Shown here one piece after another: positions 40,721-51,269 of a stretch of 64,000 nucleotides of DNA (position 1 is the first letter of the stretch; every line of letters starts with the position of its first letter). Both the position numbers and the translations under genes were made by a program. A model generated the notes under the pieces. That model was not told the origin of the DNA and did no database searches. It saw only the letters and a program-made list of their open reading frames with translations. Source of the DNA: Promethearchaeia archaeon (lineage in GTDB: Archaea > Asgardarchaeota > Lokiarchaeia > Sigyniarchaeales > SOKP01); NCBI GenBank assembly GCA_046483985.1, contig JAWOCD010000090.1, positions 1 to 64,000 on the forward strand, read 5' to 3'.

Positions 40721-41863
40721 TTAGATCTGGTAATTTCTAATTGCTTCAACCATGGCAAGGATGTTATCTGGTGGCTGGTCTAAAAGGAAATTGGTAGCAC
40801 CTGGAATATAACCGTGCGGTCCGAGAGCATCAAGGGATTCTGCGATGGATTCCTTGACTTCTTCTGGCGTCGCGTATTTCAGTAGGTTACTGTCGTCAAT
40901 CGTCCCAACCAGCGCGATATCTTCTCCATATTTACGTTTTAATGCTGGAAGATCATTATTAAAAGGCTTAAGTGATTCTATTCCGTCAATTCCAATTTCC
41001 ACAAATTCTCCGAATAATTCACCAACATTTCCACAAGAATGCAATAAGAATTTTGCCCCCGCTTCATGAGCGATTTGTACATGCTTTACCAATGTGGGTT
41101 TGACTAATTCACGCCACATTTCCATGCTCATTTGCAATCCCGAGTTATATCCATAATCATCCCCCACCATTATCACTTTCGGTTTGGCATATTTTACTAG
41201 TTTTTTCATTCCGTCAAGGGCAAAATTACTGTAAAAGTCTACAATCTCATGAAGAAACTCGCGGTCTTTTCGCCAAAACTTAGCAATGTTAGCATAACCA
41301 ATCCCGAAATGTAAATTCTCCCATGGCCCTGTGAGTCCCACTGAGACAACGAGGTTATATTTTTCTTCACAGACTTCAATGATTTTTCCATACCGTTTAA
41401 ATTCTTTTTTAGAATAGTGTATGTCCTTTTCCATGTACTCTTGAATCTGTTCTTTAGTGGTAAGTCCTGGCTTTAAATACCACCAATGGGGAATGGGCAT
41501 TTTTTCCTCCTCATTTGGAGGTGTATATGAGGAGAGCCGGTTGGCAACTTTAAATCTCCCTCCATGCATCTGACCCGGTTCGTTATAATCATCCAACCAA
41601 GTCATTTGTCCAAGACTGGTAATCCATGTAAGATCAATTCCCAGTTTCACGGAGAGGGGAATATTCACTGGGCATAACCAAGGGAGGTCGTCTTTTTTAT
41701 ATTGAGTAAACTCTTCGTAGGTAAAGCCGATTTCTGCATAAAATCGCTCCATAAAATCCCAATCTCCCCCAAGACAAAATGTAGGCACTTGTTCTGGGAT
41801 CTTGCATTCTAGTGCATCCTGGACAATATCCCATGCATCATAGTCTTTTGTTATATTGCACAT
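40721..41863 (-). CDS. Uroporphyrinogen decarboxylase (MtaA/CmuA-like) family protein
   Basis: GDDYG, LHSCG, GIDGI, G.IAL.G.ID, P.NI.AM; start placed at ATG 41863 overlapping the upstream gene's stop. Confidence 0.85.
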   Translation of the reverse strand: MCNITKDYDAWDIVQDALECKIPEQVPTFCLGGDWDFMERFYAEIGFTYEEFTQYKKDDLPWLCPVNIPLSVKLGIDLTWITSLGQMTWLDDYNEPGQMHGGRFKVANRLSSYTPPNEEEKMPIPHWWYLKPGLTTKEQIQEYMEKDIHYSKKEFKRYGKIIEVCEEKYNLVVSVGLTGPWENLHFGIGYANIAKFWRKDREFLHEIVDFYSNFALDGMKKLVKYAKPKVIMVGDDYGYNSGLQMSMEMWRELVKPTLVKHVQIAHEAGAKFLLHSCGNVGELFGEFVEIGIDGIESLKPFNNDLPALKRKYGEDIALVGTIDDSNLLKYATPEEVKESIAESLDALGPHGYIPGATNFLLDQPPDNILAMVEAIRNYQI

Positions 41864-42237
41864 TTCAGCAACACTCTCCCGAATTTTAGTAAGGACCATA
41901 ATCCCTTTAATTTTATCACCCTCTTTCTCGTGATGATATTCCATAAGGCACGAAGAATGGGATGTTTTGCATTGATTAAGTTAATTACATATTTTAAATC
42001 TCCAATAATTGCGCCATCATAGTCTAAATTCTCGTATTCAGTCACTGAAACGATTTCAAAGTCCCCTTTCAGTCCATCAAGAATTATTAAAGCGCCGGGC
42101 TCATAGTCATTAAAAAACATTAAAATCTTCAAGGAATCTATGTTTACCTCCTCTAAAATTCGCTCAAAAAAACCCATGGCTTTTGTTTGCCAGAGAACGG
42201 AATAGATTAAGGCGGGAATATTTTCGAGATCTTCCAT
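41851..42237 (-). CDS. Hypothetical protein, possibly SCP2-like
   Basis: 128 aa; ends I...R.IKLKG...LLKF as in SCP2 folds. Confidence 0.65.
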   Translation of the reverse strand: MEDLENIPALIYSVLWQTKAMGFFERILEEVNIDSLKILMFFNDYEPGALIILDGLKGDFEIVSVTEYENLDYDGAIIGDLKYVINLINAKHPILRALWNIITRKRVIKLKGLWSLLKFGRVLLKCAI

Positions 42238-42309
42238 AATTACACTAATATTAGTGCTTTGAATATAAAAAATTACCCATGAAATTGAATTTTTAAAAAG
42301 ATGAGATAA

Positions 42310-43245
42310 TTAATTTTCTGAGATTTTGAAAGAATTGAGGGGATGCAATTCCGTGTACGAGGCCTTTAATTGCGTAATATCATTCTTAGCATAAATTCTG
42401 GTGGTTGTAGGACTTGAATGTCCTAATATATCTTGAAGTTCGCTAATATCCATACCGGACCTTCGTAAATGCGTTGCCCCTGTATGCCGGAAAATATGCG
42501 GAGTAATGATTTTTGATTCTGAAAACCCGCATTTTTTCTTTATCGTTTTTATATCTTTCTGCACCACACGAGGGGTGAGTTGTTCATTCTGGGTATTGAC
42601 AATGAGATAATCCTCATCTTTGACAAACAGTCTATCTTCGAGATAATCCTTGATAACTTTAAGGGTGATTGTATCAACGGGGACAATTCGTTCTTTATTT
42701 CCCTTTCCGCGCAATCTTAGAGTGCCCTCCTCAAAGTTGACATCCTTGACCTTCAAGTTACATAATTCGCTGACTCGCGCCATGGATGCATACAACAATC
42801 TAACTATAACATAGTATCGTTTACGTTTTTTTGAGGAAAAATTAGTTTTATCTTGCGTGGTTTCAAAAATCTGTTTTATTTCAGAAATTTCCAGATATTT
42901 GGGGAGTTGTTCCTCTTCCCGAATGGTAGGTGTATGGATTGCTTTCATGGGATTTTTACTCGTTAGAAATTCGTTTACATTTAAAAAGTTGAAAAAGGAA
43001 CGAAGAGTTGCGATCTTTCGAGCAATCCCTTTTTTGGAATAACCCCGATCATTTAATTTTTTTAAAAATAAGCGGATTTTTCTTCGAATAAATGGCGATT
43101 CGAGGTTAATCTCGCCCACGGCCGAAAAAAACATATCTAAATCGTATTGGTAGGCTTGGATTGTAGATTTGGCGCATCCTTCTTCTACCTCCTTTGCGAT
43201 CAAGAAGTCATCCACAAACTCTGAAAACCTATAATCTCCCATCAT
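42310..43245 (-). CDS. xerA: XerA/XerC-type tyrosine recombinase
   Basis: T..AY..DL, RKIATLRSFF, RVSEL, GKGNKER, TPHIFRH, LQDILGHSS..TTRIY. Confidence 0.92.
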   Translation of the reverse strand: MMGDYRFSEFVDDFLIAKEVEEGCAKSTIQAYQYDLDMFFSAVGEINLESPFIRRKIRLFLKKLNDRGYSKKGIARKIATLRSFFNFLNVNEFLTSKNPMKAIHTPTIREEEQLPKYLEISEIKQIFETTQDKTNFSSKKRKRYYVIVRLLYASMARVSELCNLKVKDVNFEEGTLRLRGKGNKERIVPVDTITLKVIKDYLEDRLFVKDEDYLIVNTQNEQLTPRVVQKDIKTIKKKCGFSESKIITPHIFRHTGATHLRRSGMDISELQDILGHSSPTTTRIYAKNDITQLKASYTELHPLNSFKISEN

Positions 43246-43327
43246 TAAGTATAATGATCGAAACCCTCATAAATAGAAAAAATATGCGGGTAATATGTGG
43301 TAATAGGTAAATAATAGGTGTTAAAAC

Positions 43328-44293
43328 TTACTTGTCTCCTTTTTCTTTCTGTTCCTTTTTTTTCTCACCAGAGCGTAAATACTTATTCACGTTGATACCC
43401 GCTCTCGCGCCTTCCGCTACTGCGAATACAACTTGGAATAATCCGCCAGTTACGTCTCCGGCGGCATACACTCCTTGAATATTGGTTTCTTGTTCTTTAT
43501 TCACTTTAATATTCTGATTTTCGTCCAATAAAATTCCTCCGTTTTTAAAAATCTTGTTAGACGGGACATGAGAAAAAATGAACAAGGCATCCAAATCAAC
43601 CTCATTTTTTTCTTCCGTATTTACATTTTTTGTAACAATTTTTTCGAGCGTATCCTCTTCATTAGAGACAGTCTCCACGATTTCAGTATTATCGATTATC
43701 GGAATGTTCTCTTCTATTAATTCTTCCTTCTTTTCAGGTAATTCCTCAACAGATTGTTGTGTTATAACATTTACATGGCATCCCATTTGGTTAAGAACTA
43801 GCGCATCTTCTAGGAGTTCGTTATCATCTCCGTATAAAAATACATCTTTCTCCTTGTACAAGGGTCCATCGCAGAGCGCACAGTAAGAAACGCCGTATCC
43901 CACTAAATTACTTTCTCCTTTTATTAGTTCCTTGCGTTGTCCCATACCCGTTGCGATAATTAATGCGTCCGCTGTAATATTGGTAGAGCGTGTGGAGACC
44001 ATATTCTTACCTAACCCCGTCATGAGGGAGATTACATCGCCTTCCATAATGTTTACAGAATCATAACTTTCAGCATGTGCTAAAAATTTATTCAGTAATA
44101 CCTCTCCCCCGATATCTGGTTCTCCGGGCCAATTGCTAATTTCTTTTGCTCGGACTAAGCTTGATTTTTGTTTTCCTTGTAATACAAGGGTATCTCGATT
44201 GGCTCGTCCGCAATAAATGGCAGCGGTTAAACCCGCTGGCCCTGCGCCGATGATTAGTACTTCACATTTATATTCTTCCATTTCAATAACCAT
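43328..44293 (-). CDS. trxB: Thioredoxin reductase
   Basis: IIGAGPAGLTAA, GVSYCALCDG, TN..GVYAAGDV; NADPH-binding GxGxxA degenerate (GDDNEL). Confidence 0.88.
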   Translation of the reverse strand: MVIEMEEYKCEVLIIGAGPAGLTAAIYCGRANRDTLVLQGKQKSSLVRAKEISNWPGEPDIGGEVLLNKFLAHAESYDSVNIMEGDVISLMTGLGKNMVSTRSTNITADALIIATGMGQRKELIKGESNLVGYGVSYCALCDGPLYKEKDVFLYGDDNELLEDALVLNQMGCHVNVITQQSVEELPEKKEELIEENIPIIDNTEIVETVSNEEDTLEKIVTKNVNTEEKNEVDLDALFIFSHVPSNKIFKNGGILLDENQNIKVNKEQETNIQGVYAAGDVTGGLFQVVFAVAEGARAGINVNKYLRSGEKKKEQKEKGDK

Positions 44294-44582
44294 AATTTTG
44301 AGTCTGTATTATTAATTCTTTTTTTCTCAGAAATTAAAAGAGTTACATGAATATGTGCTTTTTCTTGCATGAGTTAAAATTAACATTAGTCAAATTCCTA
44401 TGTTGAAATTATTCAATTATCCTATTTAGGTTTTTACAAATTAGAATAGATATTATCATCTTCAAAAAATCGTACAACATATTATATGTTTCGGATAATA
44501 GAAGATTATATTATCTTTTACAAAATATCGAAATAGATAACATCTGCGTAATATAACTTAACTTGCTACGGAAAGAAAATAA

Positions 44583-44790
44583 TTGAAGCCTCCCCCAAAG
44601 GAAGGGGATTCCTCAGTCCACTAACCTCTCGCTGATGGCTACATCTTAGGCCTGTGTGTCGTGAAAAACTCTCTCCAGCTATCCAGAAAGGATCCCTCTT
44701 TCAAAGAGAGTTGATGCGAGAAACCAGCAGACGTAAGAAACTTGACCAAGATGTTAACGGCTGAATTCAAGTCCCGGACTTCCTTCGCTC
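44583..44790 (-). mobile_element. IS200/IS605 remnant E9: tnpB tail plus omegaRNA-like right end (family A)
   Basis: Minus strand reads RDLNSAVNILVKFLTSAGFSHQLSLKEGSF (RuvC-III); ends GGAATCCCCTTCCTTTGGGGGAGGCTTCAA; homologous to 89-267. Confidence 0.85.
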
Positions 44791-44845
44791 TAAATTAAAA
44801 AAAGAAAAAGTTCATTAGTGTTCCTTCTGGAAAGCTAAACTGATC

Positions 44846-46048
44846 TTAGACCAAGTGGTTTGTCGTTTTTTTCCGTGTTGTCAGCAAGATCGCGGAGATA
44901 ACAAGTATTGAGCTATGTATCATCAAAATATTATAACCAGAAATTTCGAAGCCGTTTTCTCCATTCTCATCTTCCTCTTTTTTTTCACAGACATTATCGT
45001 CAATATCATTTCCTTCGCATAAATCTTCTTCAATACATCCGTCTTCATTGTATCTTAAAGTATTCCCAGTAACTGTATTGTAATTACTATACAGCGTCAA
45101 AGATATCCCGTATCCCGTATTCTCGTTTGCGGTATTATCCGTAATTGTATTGTCGCTACTATTTCCCAATAAGATCCCGTCTCCTTCATTCTTATTCACG
45201 GTATTATCCGTAATTGTATTGTTGTCACACTCTCCCAAGAAGATCCCATCTGCTGTATTCTCATTCGCGGTATTCTTATTTAAGTTATTATTATGGGATT
45301 CGGCAAATATAAATCCATTAGTATTGTTATTAGCAGTATTCTCCGTTAACTCATTATTCTCGGATTTCGAAAGGGAAAAACCCCATTCACCATTATTCGT
45401 TGCTGTATTGTCATCTAATACATTATCGGTCGATTTTTCGATGCTGAACCCTACACCCTCATTATCGCTAAGGAACTCATTATTATCATCAGCGATATTA
45501 CTCCTCAAGGTATTATTCGTGGAATTCGTAACCATAAAACCGCCAGCGTTTTCCTCAGCGAAGTTACCCGTTAAATTGTTGTTCTCGGAATCCTCAACCC
45601 GGAATCCAAAACCATTCTCATTGGCATTATTGTTTCTCAATTCTCCGTTTGTTACATTATCTAAATGAAATCCACTAACCTCCGATGAAACCACAGAGGT
45701 CACGGTCACATTTTCGATCACGAAATAGTCGTCCGTGTGCTCTATTTTAATTCCGTAGTCTCCAGATGACGCATTAATTCTTAAATCGCTAATAAAATAG
45801 GGATCACCAGCAGTCCCACTTCCATTCGTCCACTCGCTAAAATTACCCTTGATATGAATTGGGTCGTCATTAAAATCCTCTGCTGCCGTCATTAAATCTC
45901 CGTTTGTAACGGTTCTGGTATCCGCCCTCGTTTTCAAATTATCGGAGCTGTTGGACACATTCAAAAGTAATAAGGATCCTCCAAATAACAGGCATATTAC
46001 CAACGCGGCTAATGTTAAAGTAGAGAGAAACGTTCTCTTCTTATTCAT
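44846..46048 (-). CDS. Secreted NosD/CASH right-handed beta-helix protein with Loki-CTERM-like anchor
   Basis: Signal peptide, G.GT..DPY.I, repeats GI.L..S.NN.I..NT..., C-terminal ISGYN + TM + RKK. Confidence 0.9.
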   Translation of the reverse strand: MNKKRTFLSTLTLAALVICLLFGGSLLLLNVSNSSDNLKTRADTRTVTNGDLMTAAEDFNDDPIHIKGNFSEWTNGSGTAGDPYFISDLRINASSGDYGIKIEHTDDYFVIENVTVTSVVSSEVSGFHLDNVTNGELRNNNANENGFGFRVEDSENNNLTGNFAEENAGGFMVTNSTNNTLRSNIADDNNEFLSDNEGVGFSIEKSTDNVLDDNTATNNGEWGFSLSKSENNELTENTANNNTNGFIFAESHNNNLNKNTANENTADGIFLGECDNNTITDNTVNKNEGDGILLGNSSDNTITDNTANENTGYGISLTLYSNYNTVTGNTLRYNEDGCIEEDLCEGNDIDDNVCEKKEEDENGENGFEISGYNILMIHSSILVISAILLTTRKKTTNHLV

Positions 46049-46394
46049 TTTTTTACATATTGTTAAATTTTTAAATTGTTATTAGATAAATTTGTCTACT
46101 ATAATTTTTGTTATCCCTTAAACTTTTCAAATCATATAATCTGTTGATCTTCATATTTGAGCATATTTAATTACCCTAAAGGCTTCTTATAATAAAGATC
46201 CTTTAGAGAGGTCTATGATTGAACAGAGAATTTTTAAAAAATTTTTGTGATCTAGAAACGTCTAATCGATTCCTTGCCTTGAGACATCAAAAAATATTCT
46301 TTGTCTTTTTTCTCTCTAACCAAAACATTTTTCAATTAAGAATGCGAATAGGCTCTTTCTTAACCCATAAAATGGTAAAGATAATTAGCATGGA

Positions 46395-46467
46395 TTAGCC
46401 ATCGGTGGTAGTAATTGCGTAGCAGTTGCGAATGAGAAGCCACTGCTTTTAAGCGGCGGTAGTTTAC
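46395..46467 (+). mobile_element. IS200/IS605 right-end remnant E10 (family C)
   Basis: GAAGCCACTGCTTTTAAGCGGCGGTAGTTTAC hairpin end; TTA at 46464-46466 is the stop of the convergent gene; left boundary uncertain. Confidence 0.7.
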
Positions 46468-46742
46468 TGTTCTTTTGATTTCTCAGAATCAAAAAACAAG
46501 CATTTTTTCATGTTAAATTCGATATCTCTTAATTTTCGCTTTATCTCTGTAGGGTTGTAATCCTTTTCAAGGAGATCTATGATCCCGTCTTTTAATCCTT
46601 CCAAATTATCCAAAGCGCATTTATACATGATATCTTCTTCCTCGAATTTCATAGTAAGGATTTCGTAAATCCCGTTTAAACCATCTCTGATGCGCTCATA
46701 ATACTCCCAAGCCTTTTCCATATCTTCAGACATTATTTCCAT
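46464..46742 (-). CDS. Small helical hypothetical protein
   Basis: 92-aa ORF with normal composition. Confidence 0.75.
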   Translation of the reverse strand: MEIMSEDMEKAWEYYERIRDGLNGIYEILTMKFEEEDIMYKCALDNLEGLKDGIIDLLEKDYNPTEIKRKLRDIEFNMKKCLFFDSEKSKEQ

Positions 46743-47100
46743 TTAAATAAAGCCGATAATAATATTTATTTATTTCCATAATGACTCATTAATATTTTTG
46801 AGTTTTTCCTTATGAAATTCGATTTAAAACAATATTTTTTACGAATTTTTGGAAATTTTTTATGATATGATATTATCCTCATATATAGAAACCTTCGTAA
46901 AACATAGATTTCACGATCTTTCGTATATTCTACGATAATACCCGCATCTTATATATTCTTCCTGACTATACATCAATGGAAAAAATATGATATTCCAAGA
47001 TCCACGTTCTCTTAGATATATATAAGGTAAAAGTATGATGATATAAGGAAAAAACTGAGAGTAAATCTGGTTTGTAATTAAAAAACAAAAAGAAGAGCGT

Positions 47101-47427
47101 TCAGTGATTAAAATATTTTTTAGACTTCTCAATTTCTGCAAGGATCTCTTCTTTTGGTTGGTCCGGAGGATGAATATTTTCTTTTTGAACATATTCCATC
47201 ATTTCGTATAATGATACTTTTGCTTGTGAAGCTGCTTCTTGTAAGCTTACCACTCCCTTTTTGTATAATTTGGCCATCTGTTTTATATCGTACTCTTTCA
47301 ATTTCTGTAAAATAAATTTTCTTACAAGCGCAGCCCGATCAAGACTTTCTTTTTCTGCTATCTTTTCTAATTTTTCTGCATCTGCCTCATCTAATCTTGT
47401 ACTTATTGTTTTACCCATTTTTATCAC
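47101..47427 (-). CDS. UPF0175-family antitoxin (RHH plus HTH)
   Basis: TISTRLD...LE.IA...DRAALVR; LY..G.VSL..AA..A.VS..EM. Confidence 0.85.
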   Translation of the reverse strand: MIKMGKTISTRLDEADAEKLEKIAEKESLDRAALVRKFILQKLKEYDIKQMAKLYKKGVVSLQEAASQAKVSLYEMMEYVQKENIHPPDQPKEEILAEIEKSKKYFNH

Positions 47428-47917
47428 TTCTTTTTGAAATTAATTCTAAAAAGACCGAGATTCTATTAGCTGAAGTACCATTAACTTGCTTTAATTCATC
47501 TAAGATGCGAATGAATCTTTTCTTCTTAATATTGTTCAGTAAAAATTGGTTATAAAAAAACGTATCCAATTCCATGAAGGCAATATTTTGATTTTCAAAT
47601 TTTCTATTTGCTCTTACATCTGAACTAATACACATTCCTTCCTTTTTTGCCAATATATAACAGCTTGTTTCACCGGGATCTCTAAACTTATCTAAACTTG
47701 ATGTTATATCTATGGGGATTATCGGTATTTGATTGTTTTCAATTAAAGTCTTGGCAGTATAAGCATCGGGATAATTATTTTCAATACCGTCCTCAACAAC
47801 TTCTTTGTATACATTATTATCAATAACTACATCTTGATTTATTAGTTCCATAAAAAGTGGGAATATGTCCGTTTTTACCAAGTAAATAAGAGCATTTGCA
47901 TCTAATATGAATCTCAT
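47411..47917 (-). CDS. PIN-domain (DUF3368/VapC-like) toxin
   Basis: ILDANALI, VY.EV, DPGE, SSD..A. Confidence 0.85.
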   Translation of the reverse strand: MRFILDANALIYLVKTDIFPLFMELINQDVVIDNNVYKEVVEDGIENNYPDAYTAKTLIENNQIPIIPIDITSSLDKFRDPGETSCYILAKKEGMCISSDVRANRKFENQNIAFMELDTFFYNQFLLNNIKKKRFIRILDELKQVNGTSANRISVFLELISKRSDKNG

Positions 47918-47924
47918 CTAATGG

Positions 47925-47967
47925 TTATATACAAATGATCTTTTATAAATTTAACTTGTATACAAAT
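47925..47967. promoter_or_regulatory. Probable toxin-antitoxin operator: two TT(G/A)TATACAA palindromes flanking a TATA box
   Basis: TTATATACAA at 47925, TTGTATACAA (perfect palindrome) at 47956, TTTATAAA between them. Confidence 0.55.
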
Positions 47968-47979
47968 AAAAGTTTTTAA

Positions 47980-48027
47980 CGATCTGCCAAAGAATTCCCC
48001 ATCCCTTTAGGTTGGGGTGAATTTCGT
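47980..48027 (+). mobile_element. IS200/IS605 left-end remnant E11 (LE family 3)
   Basis: TTTAA|CGATCTGCCAAAGAATTCCCCATCCCTTTAGGTTGGGGTGAATTTCG. Confidence 0.7.
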
Positions 48028-48133
48028 ATATTATACAAACATTTTTATATTTGGGTCGCTCATTTTTAAATTCTTAACCATTTATAATTATGTAAAATAT
48101 GTAAAATAAGAAAAAAAAAGGAGTATTAACAGA

Positions 48134-49180
48134 ATGAGCCAATATACCAATAAAATAATGGACATAAAGGATGCGGTCAAGAAATTTGTGAAAGCCGGCG
48201 AAATGCTGGTCACATGTAATTTCTTACACGGAAATCCTTATGCTATAGTCCATGAAATTATTCGACGGGGTGTAAAAGACCTTACGGTAACTTCTTGTTC
48301 TTCCATTGAGGAAATGGACTTACTACTTTCGGGGGGTTGTCTCTCCAAGATCATTACCTCCTACTATCATCGCGCGGGAGGGAGAAGATATAAGCGGGAA
48401 TTAGATAGAACTCTTTATGAGGATGAAATTGAAATTGAAGACTATTCCAACTTTACTATGGTTTCGATGTTTATGGCGGGAGCGTTGGGCTACGATTTCA
48501 TGCCAGTGATGAAATCTGTCAAACATTCAGATATTTATAAAGTAAGGACCTTCCGTAACGAGAAGAAAATGAAGACGATTAAAAGTCCATTCACCGGAGA
48601 AGAAACAGTGGTGGTTCCGGCCTTAAATCCGGACGTGGCAATTGTCCATGTACAAAGGGCAGATAAATACGGGAATGCCCAATACTGGGGGAGCGAAGGG
48701 ACGTTAAAATGGTCAGCACTTTCTGCTAAGAAGATCATTGTGTCATGCGAAGAGATCGTTTCCCACGAAAAGATCAAACGATCTCCCTTTCTCACGGTAA
48801 TTCCGGCTTTTAGAACCAGTGCGGTCTGTGAAATTCCGTGGGGTGGGCATCCGAGTCCCATGGCGGGTTATTATAACACAGACATCACATTTCGCTCACT
48901 CTATTTTGGACAAGCCCTGTCGGGCATTGCAAATGAGAAGTGGCTCGAGGAATGGGTTTATGAACGCGAAGATAGAGAAGATTACATTGATCATTATATC
49001 CAGCGATTCGGCAAAGAACCGCTTAATGTCCTAAAAGTTAATGAATTTATGTCAGATCAAATCAATATGGGCTATAAGAAAAAATATTGGCAAGACGGGT
49101 TCTGTCATAAAATCGGACAGACCAGAGAATCCTATAAAGAGAAAACAGAAGAAAAGGGGGAGTTGGAAATACCAGAATGA
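48134..49180 (+). CDS. CoA-transferase subunit A (GctA-like)
   Basis: P.A.VHEIIR.G.KDL, AGALG..FMP, PALNPDVAIVHVQRADKYGN, P.G.HP. Confidence 0.92.
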   Translation: MSQYTNKIMDIKDAVKKFVKAGEMLVTCNFLHGNPYAIVHEIIRRGVKDLTVTSCSSIEEMDLLLSGGCLSKIITSYYHRAGGRRYKRELDRTLYEDEIEIEDYSNFTMVSMFMAGALGYDFMPVMKSVKHSDIYKVRTFRNEKKMKTIKSPFTGEETVVVPALNPDVAIVHVQRADKYGNAQYWGSEGTLKWSALSAKKIIVSCEEIVSHEKIKRSPFLTVIPAFRTSAVCEIPWGGHPSPMAGYYNTDITFRSLYFGQALSGIANEKWLEEWVYEREDREDYIDHYIQRFGKEPLNVLKVNEFMSDQINMGYKKKYWQDGFCHKIGQTRESYKEKTEEKGELEIPE

Positions 49181-50019
49181 AGTATAGAAGAGTAGAGCTT
49201 TTAGCGCTCACGGCAAGTAAAGAAATTAAGGATGAGGAAATTTGTATCATCGGACAAGGAATCCCGATGGCGGCGGGTGCCCTTGCAAAGAAGTACCATG
49301 CCCCGAATGCCACCATATTAACGGAAGCGGGGATGGTAGACATCGATATCTTTCAAAATTTAGAAGATATTGCCGATCCAGGCAGTACCAAGGGGTTTTC
49401 CTACAGTATAGACTTGTTTGAGGTATTTACCACTATTGTAAACAGAGGGTTTGCTGACGTCTGCATGTTGGGCGCCGCTCAACTGGATAAATACGGAAAT
49501 ATTAACAGTACAGTGGTGGGAGATTACAATATTACCTCCCGGCGAGATATTCGTCTTGCGGGTTCTGGCGGTGCCAATGAGTTTGCTGGTCATTGTAACC
49601 GTACCGTGATTACGAAAGTGGGAGGAAAATTTGTGGAGGAATTGGATTATATGACCTCTCCAGGCTGGTTAACGGGCGGCAATGCTCGAGGAGAGGCCGG
49701 ACTACCAGGGGGGCCATCGTCAGTGATTACAAAGCAAGGCGTCTTCCGGTTTGAAGATGATTCCAAAGAGATGTATTTGGATGCCCTTTATCCGGATACG
49801 AGCGTCGTTGATGTTAAAAAAAAGGTTCCGTGGGAGCTAAAGACGGCAGAGGATCTTGGAAAGGAGATTCAAAAGATACCTCATCCTAAAAAGGACGATC
49901 TTCAATTTATTAGGGAGTTTGAACCGTTCCTTGGGATTGGCGGTCATAATGGTCGGCTATATCAAGCACAAGTCCTTCCGGTCTATTATGAACGCGGTGA
50001 ATCGGTAGACCACTCTTAA
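49177..50019 (+). CDS. CoA-transferase subunit B (GctB-like)
   Basis: GQGIP, HAPN...LTEAG, LGAAQLDKYGNINST, RLAGSGGA, FVEELDY.TSPG. Confidence 0.92.
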   Translation: MKYRRVELLALTASKEIKDEEICIIGQGIPMAAGALAKKYHAPNATILTEAGMVDIDIFQNLEDIADPGSTKGFSYSIDLFEVFTTIVNRGFADVCMLGAAQLDKYGNINSTVVGDYNITSRRDIRLAGSGGANEFAGHCNRTVITKVGGKFVEELDYMTSPGWLTGGNARGEAGLPGGPSSVITKQGVFRFEDDSKEMYLDALYPDTSVVDVKKKVPWELKTAEDLGKEIQKIPHPKKDDLQFIREFEPFLGIGGHNGRLYQAQVLPVYYERGESVDHS

Positions 50020-50054
50020 TAACATCAATTTTTTCTCTTTTCTTTTAATTTTAC

Positions 50055-50148
50055 CACTAGAGTGCGAGAAAGCACCGTCCTTTAGGATGTTAGGTCAGCA
50101 ATTCTCGATGAATTACGAATCTCACGCCTTTAGGCTTGAGTAGTTCAA
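50055..50148 (+). mobile_element. IS200/IS605-derived MITE E12 (LE family 1 plus B-like RE), 94 bp
   Basis: TTTAC|CACTAGAGTGCGAGAAAGCACCGTCCTTTAGG...GAATCTCACGCCTTTAGGCTTGAGTAGTTCAA. Confidence 0.85.
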
Positions 50149-50659
50149 AAGCACAAACTATATTTTTTTTATCAAATTTTTCTATATGTGAGAATTAATG
50201 GTTAAGAAGGCTCAAAAAGAAAATGATCAAGAAAAAGAAGAGGATGATGTTGAGCAGAAATTGGATGTTTTATGGGAAAACTGGACATCTCGGAGGCGTT
50301 GCGAAAGAACTCACATTCCAGAATTCGTAAGAAATAAGAATAAAGAAAACAAATAAAGAAAACTACTCCGTGACTTGAGATATTAATTTGTCGGACTTTT
50401 GATTTTAAAAAAATGTATCTTATGATCTTCGGTTTTTGAAAATACATATTATTCTTTTCAATTTTTAGAAAGTCATAATATATCGTTTAATTTGTGGAAT
50501 GATATATTATCTTGAGAGAATCACGTTCTAATTTAAGAAAAATATGTTATGTTATTCTATTGTTCGAAAAAGTCAGTATAAAAGAAATAAAAATATTTTT
50601 TTTAAAAATAAGAGCCTATTTTTCATATAAAATGAACTGAAGTTGCCTTGAACGTCAGT

Positions 50660-50850
50660 TAGACTTCTGTTCCAACTTCTATACTCAAGATCAGAAAGAG
50701 ATGCTTCTGTAATTGTTGCAACCACATCTTCTCCTGTATCTAGGACTTTTAAATTAACCGTTGCTCCCCGGTGAAAGATTTCTTCTATCTCTCCGTGCAT
50801 CGTATTTCTTCCGCTTGATTTTAAGGGTTCTTTTGACACGATAATATCTG
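50660..50850 (-). pseudogene. Orphan TOBE-domain tail of a molybdate/tungstate ABC ATPase
   Basis: DIIVSKEPLKSSGRN...G.I.EI...G..V......G....A.IT..S..DL; no ATPase domain upstream. Confidence 0.6.
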
Positions 50851-51269
50851 TCTCAGATTTATCGAAAGCCGTAATATGATCTTCGAATAATCTTAAGCCG
50901 TATCATTCTCTTCTATTTTTCAAAAAAGATATTATAAAGATTCAGGAAGGAAATCCACATTAACCTTAATATTTTAGTCCCTCTCTTAAAGTTTATTCGG
51001 AAATAACCGTAAGTAAGGATTCTTATTCGGTTTTACCCTGTATTTTCGAATGATTTTTGCTTTTTCCTAAAAAAGGCATAAATTCTCTTAAAATTTCTTA
51101 AAAATAAGTAGGAGGATGCGATGATTCTAATAAATCTTCAATATCTTTTGTAGGATTTCCTACATGCGCTTTTATTAGTCTTTTTCTAAATAAATCAATA
51201 AGCTTTAAAAGAATTAGGAAATAATAAAAAATGTAATTATAATTTAATTTAAAAAAAGAGATTTTAAAA

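Noticed and set aside
42310-43245. Integrase marking a provirus or island
   Set aside because: XerA-like sequence flanked by housekeeping genes; no att repeats, tRNA or viral genes seen.
45150-45668. 172-aa hydrophobic ORF
   Set aside because: Antisense shadow of the Asn-rich beta-helix repeats.
50202-50447. 81-aa ORF
   Set aside because: No motif, in an AT-rich intergenic or decayed region; cannot be supported.
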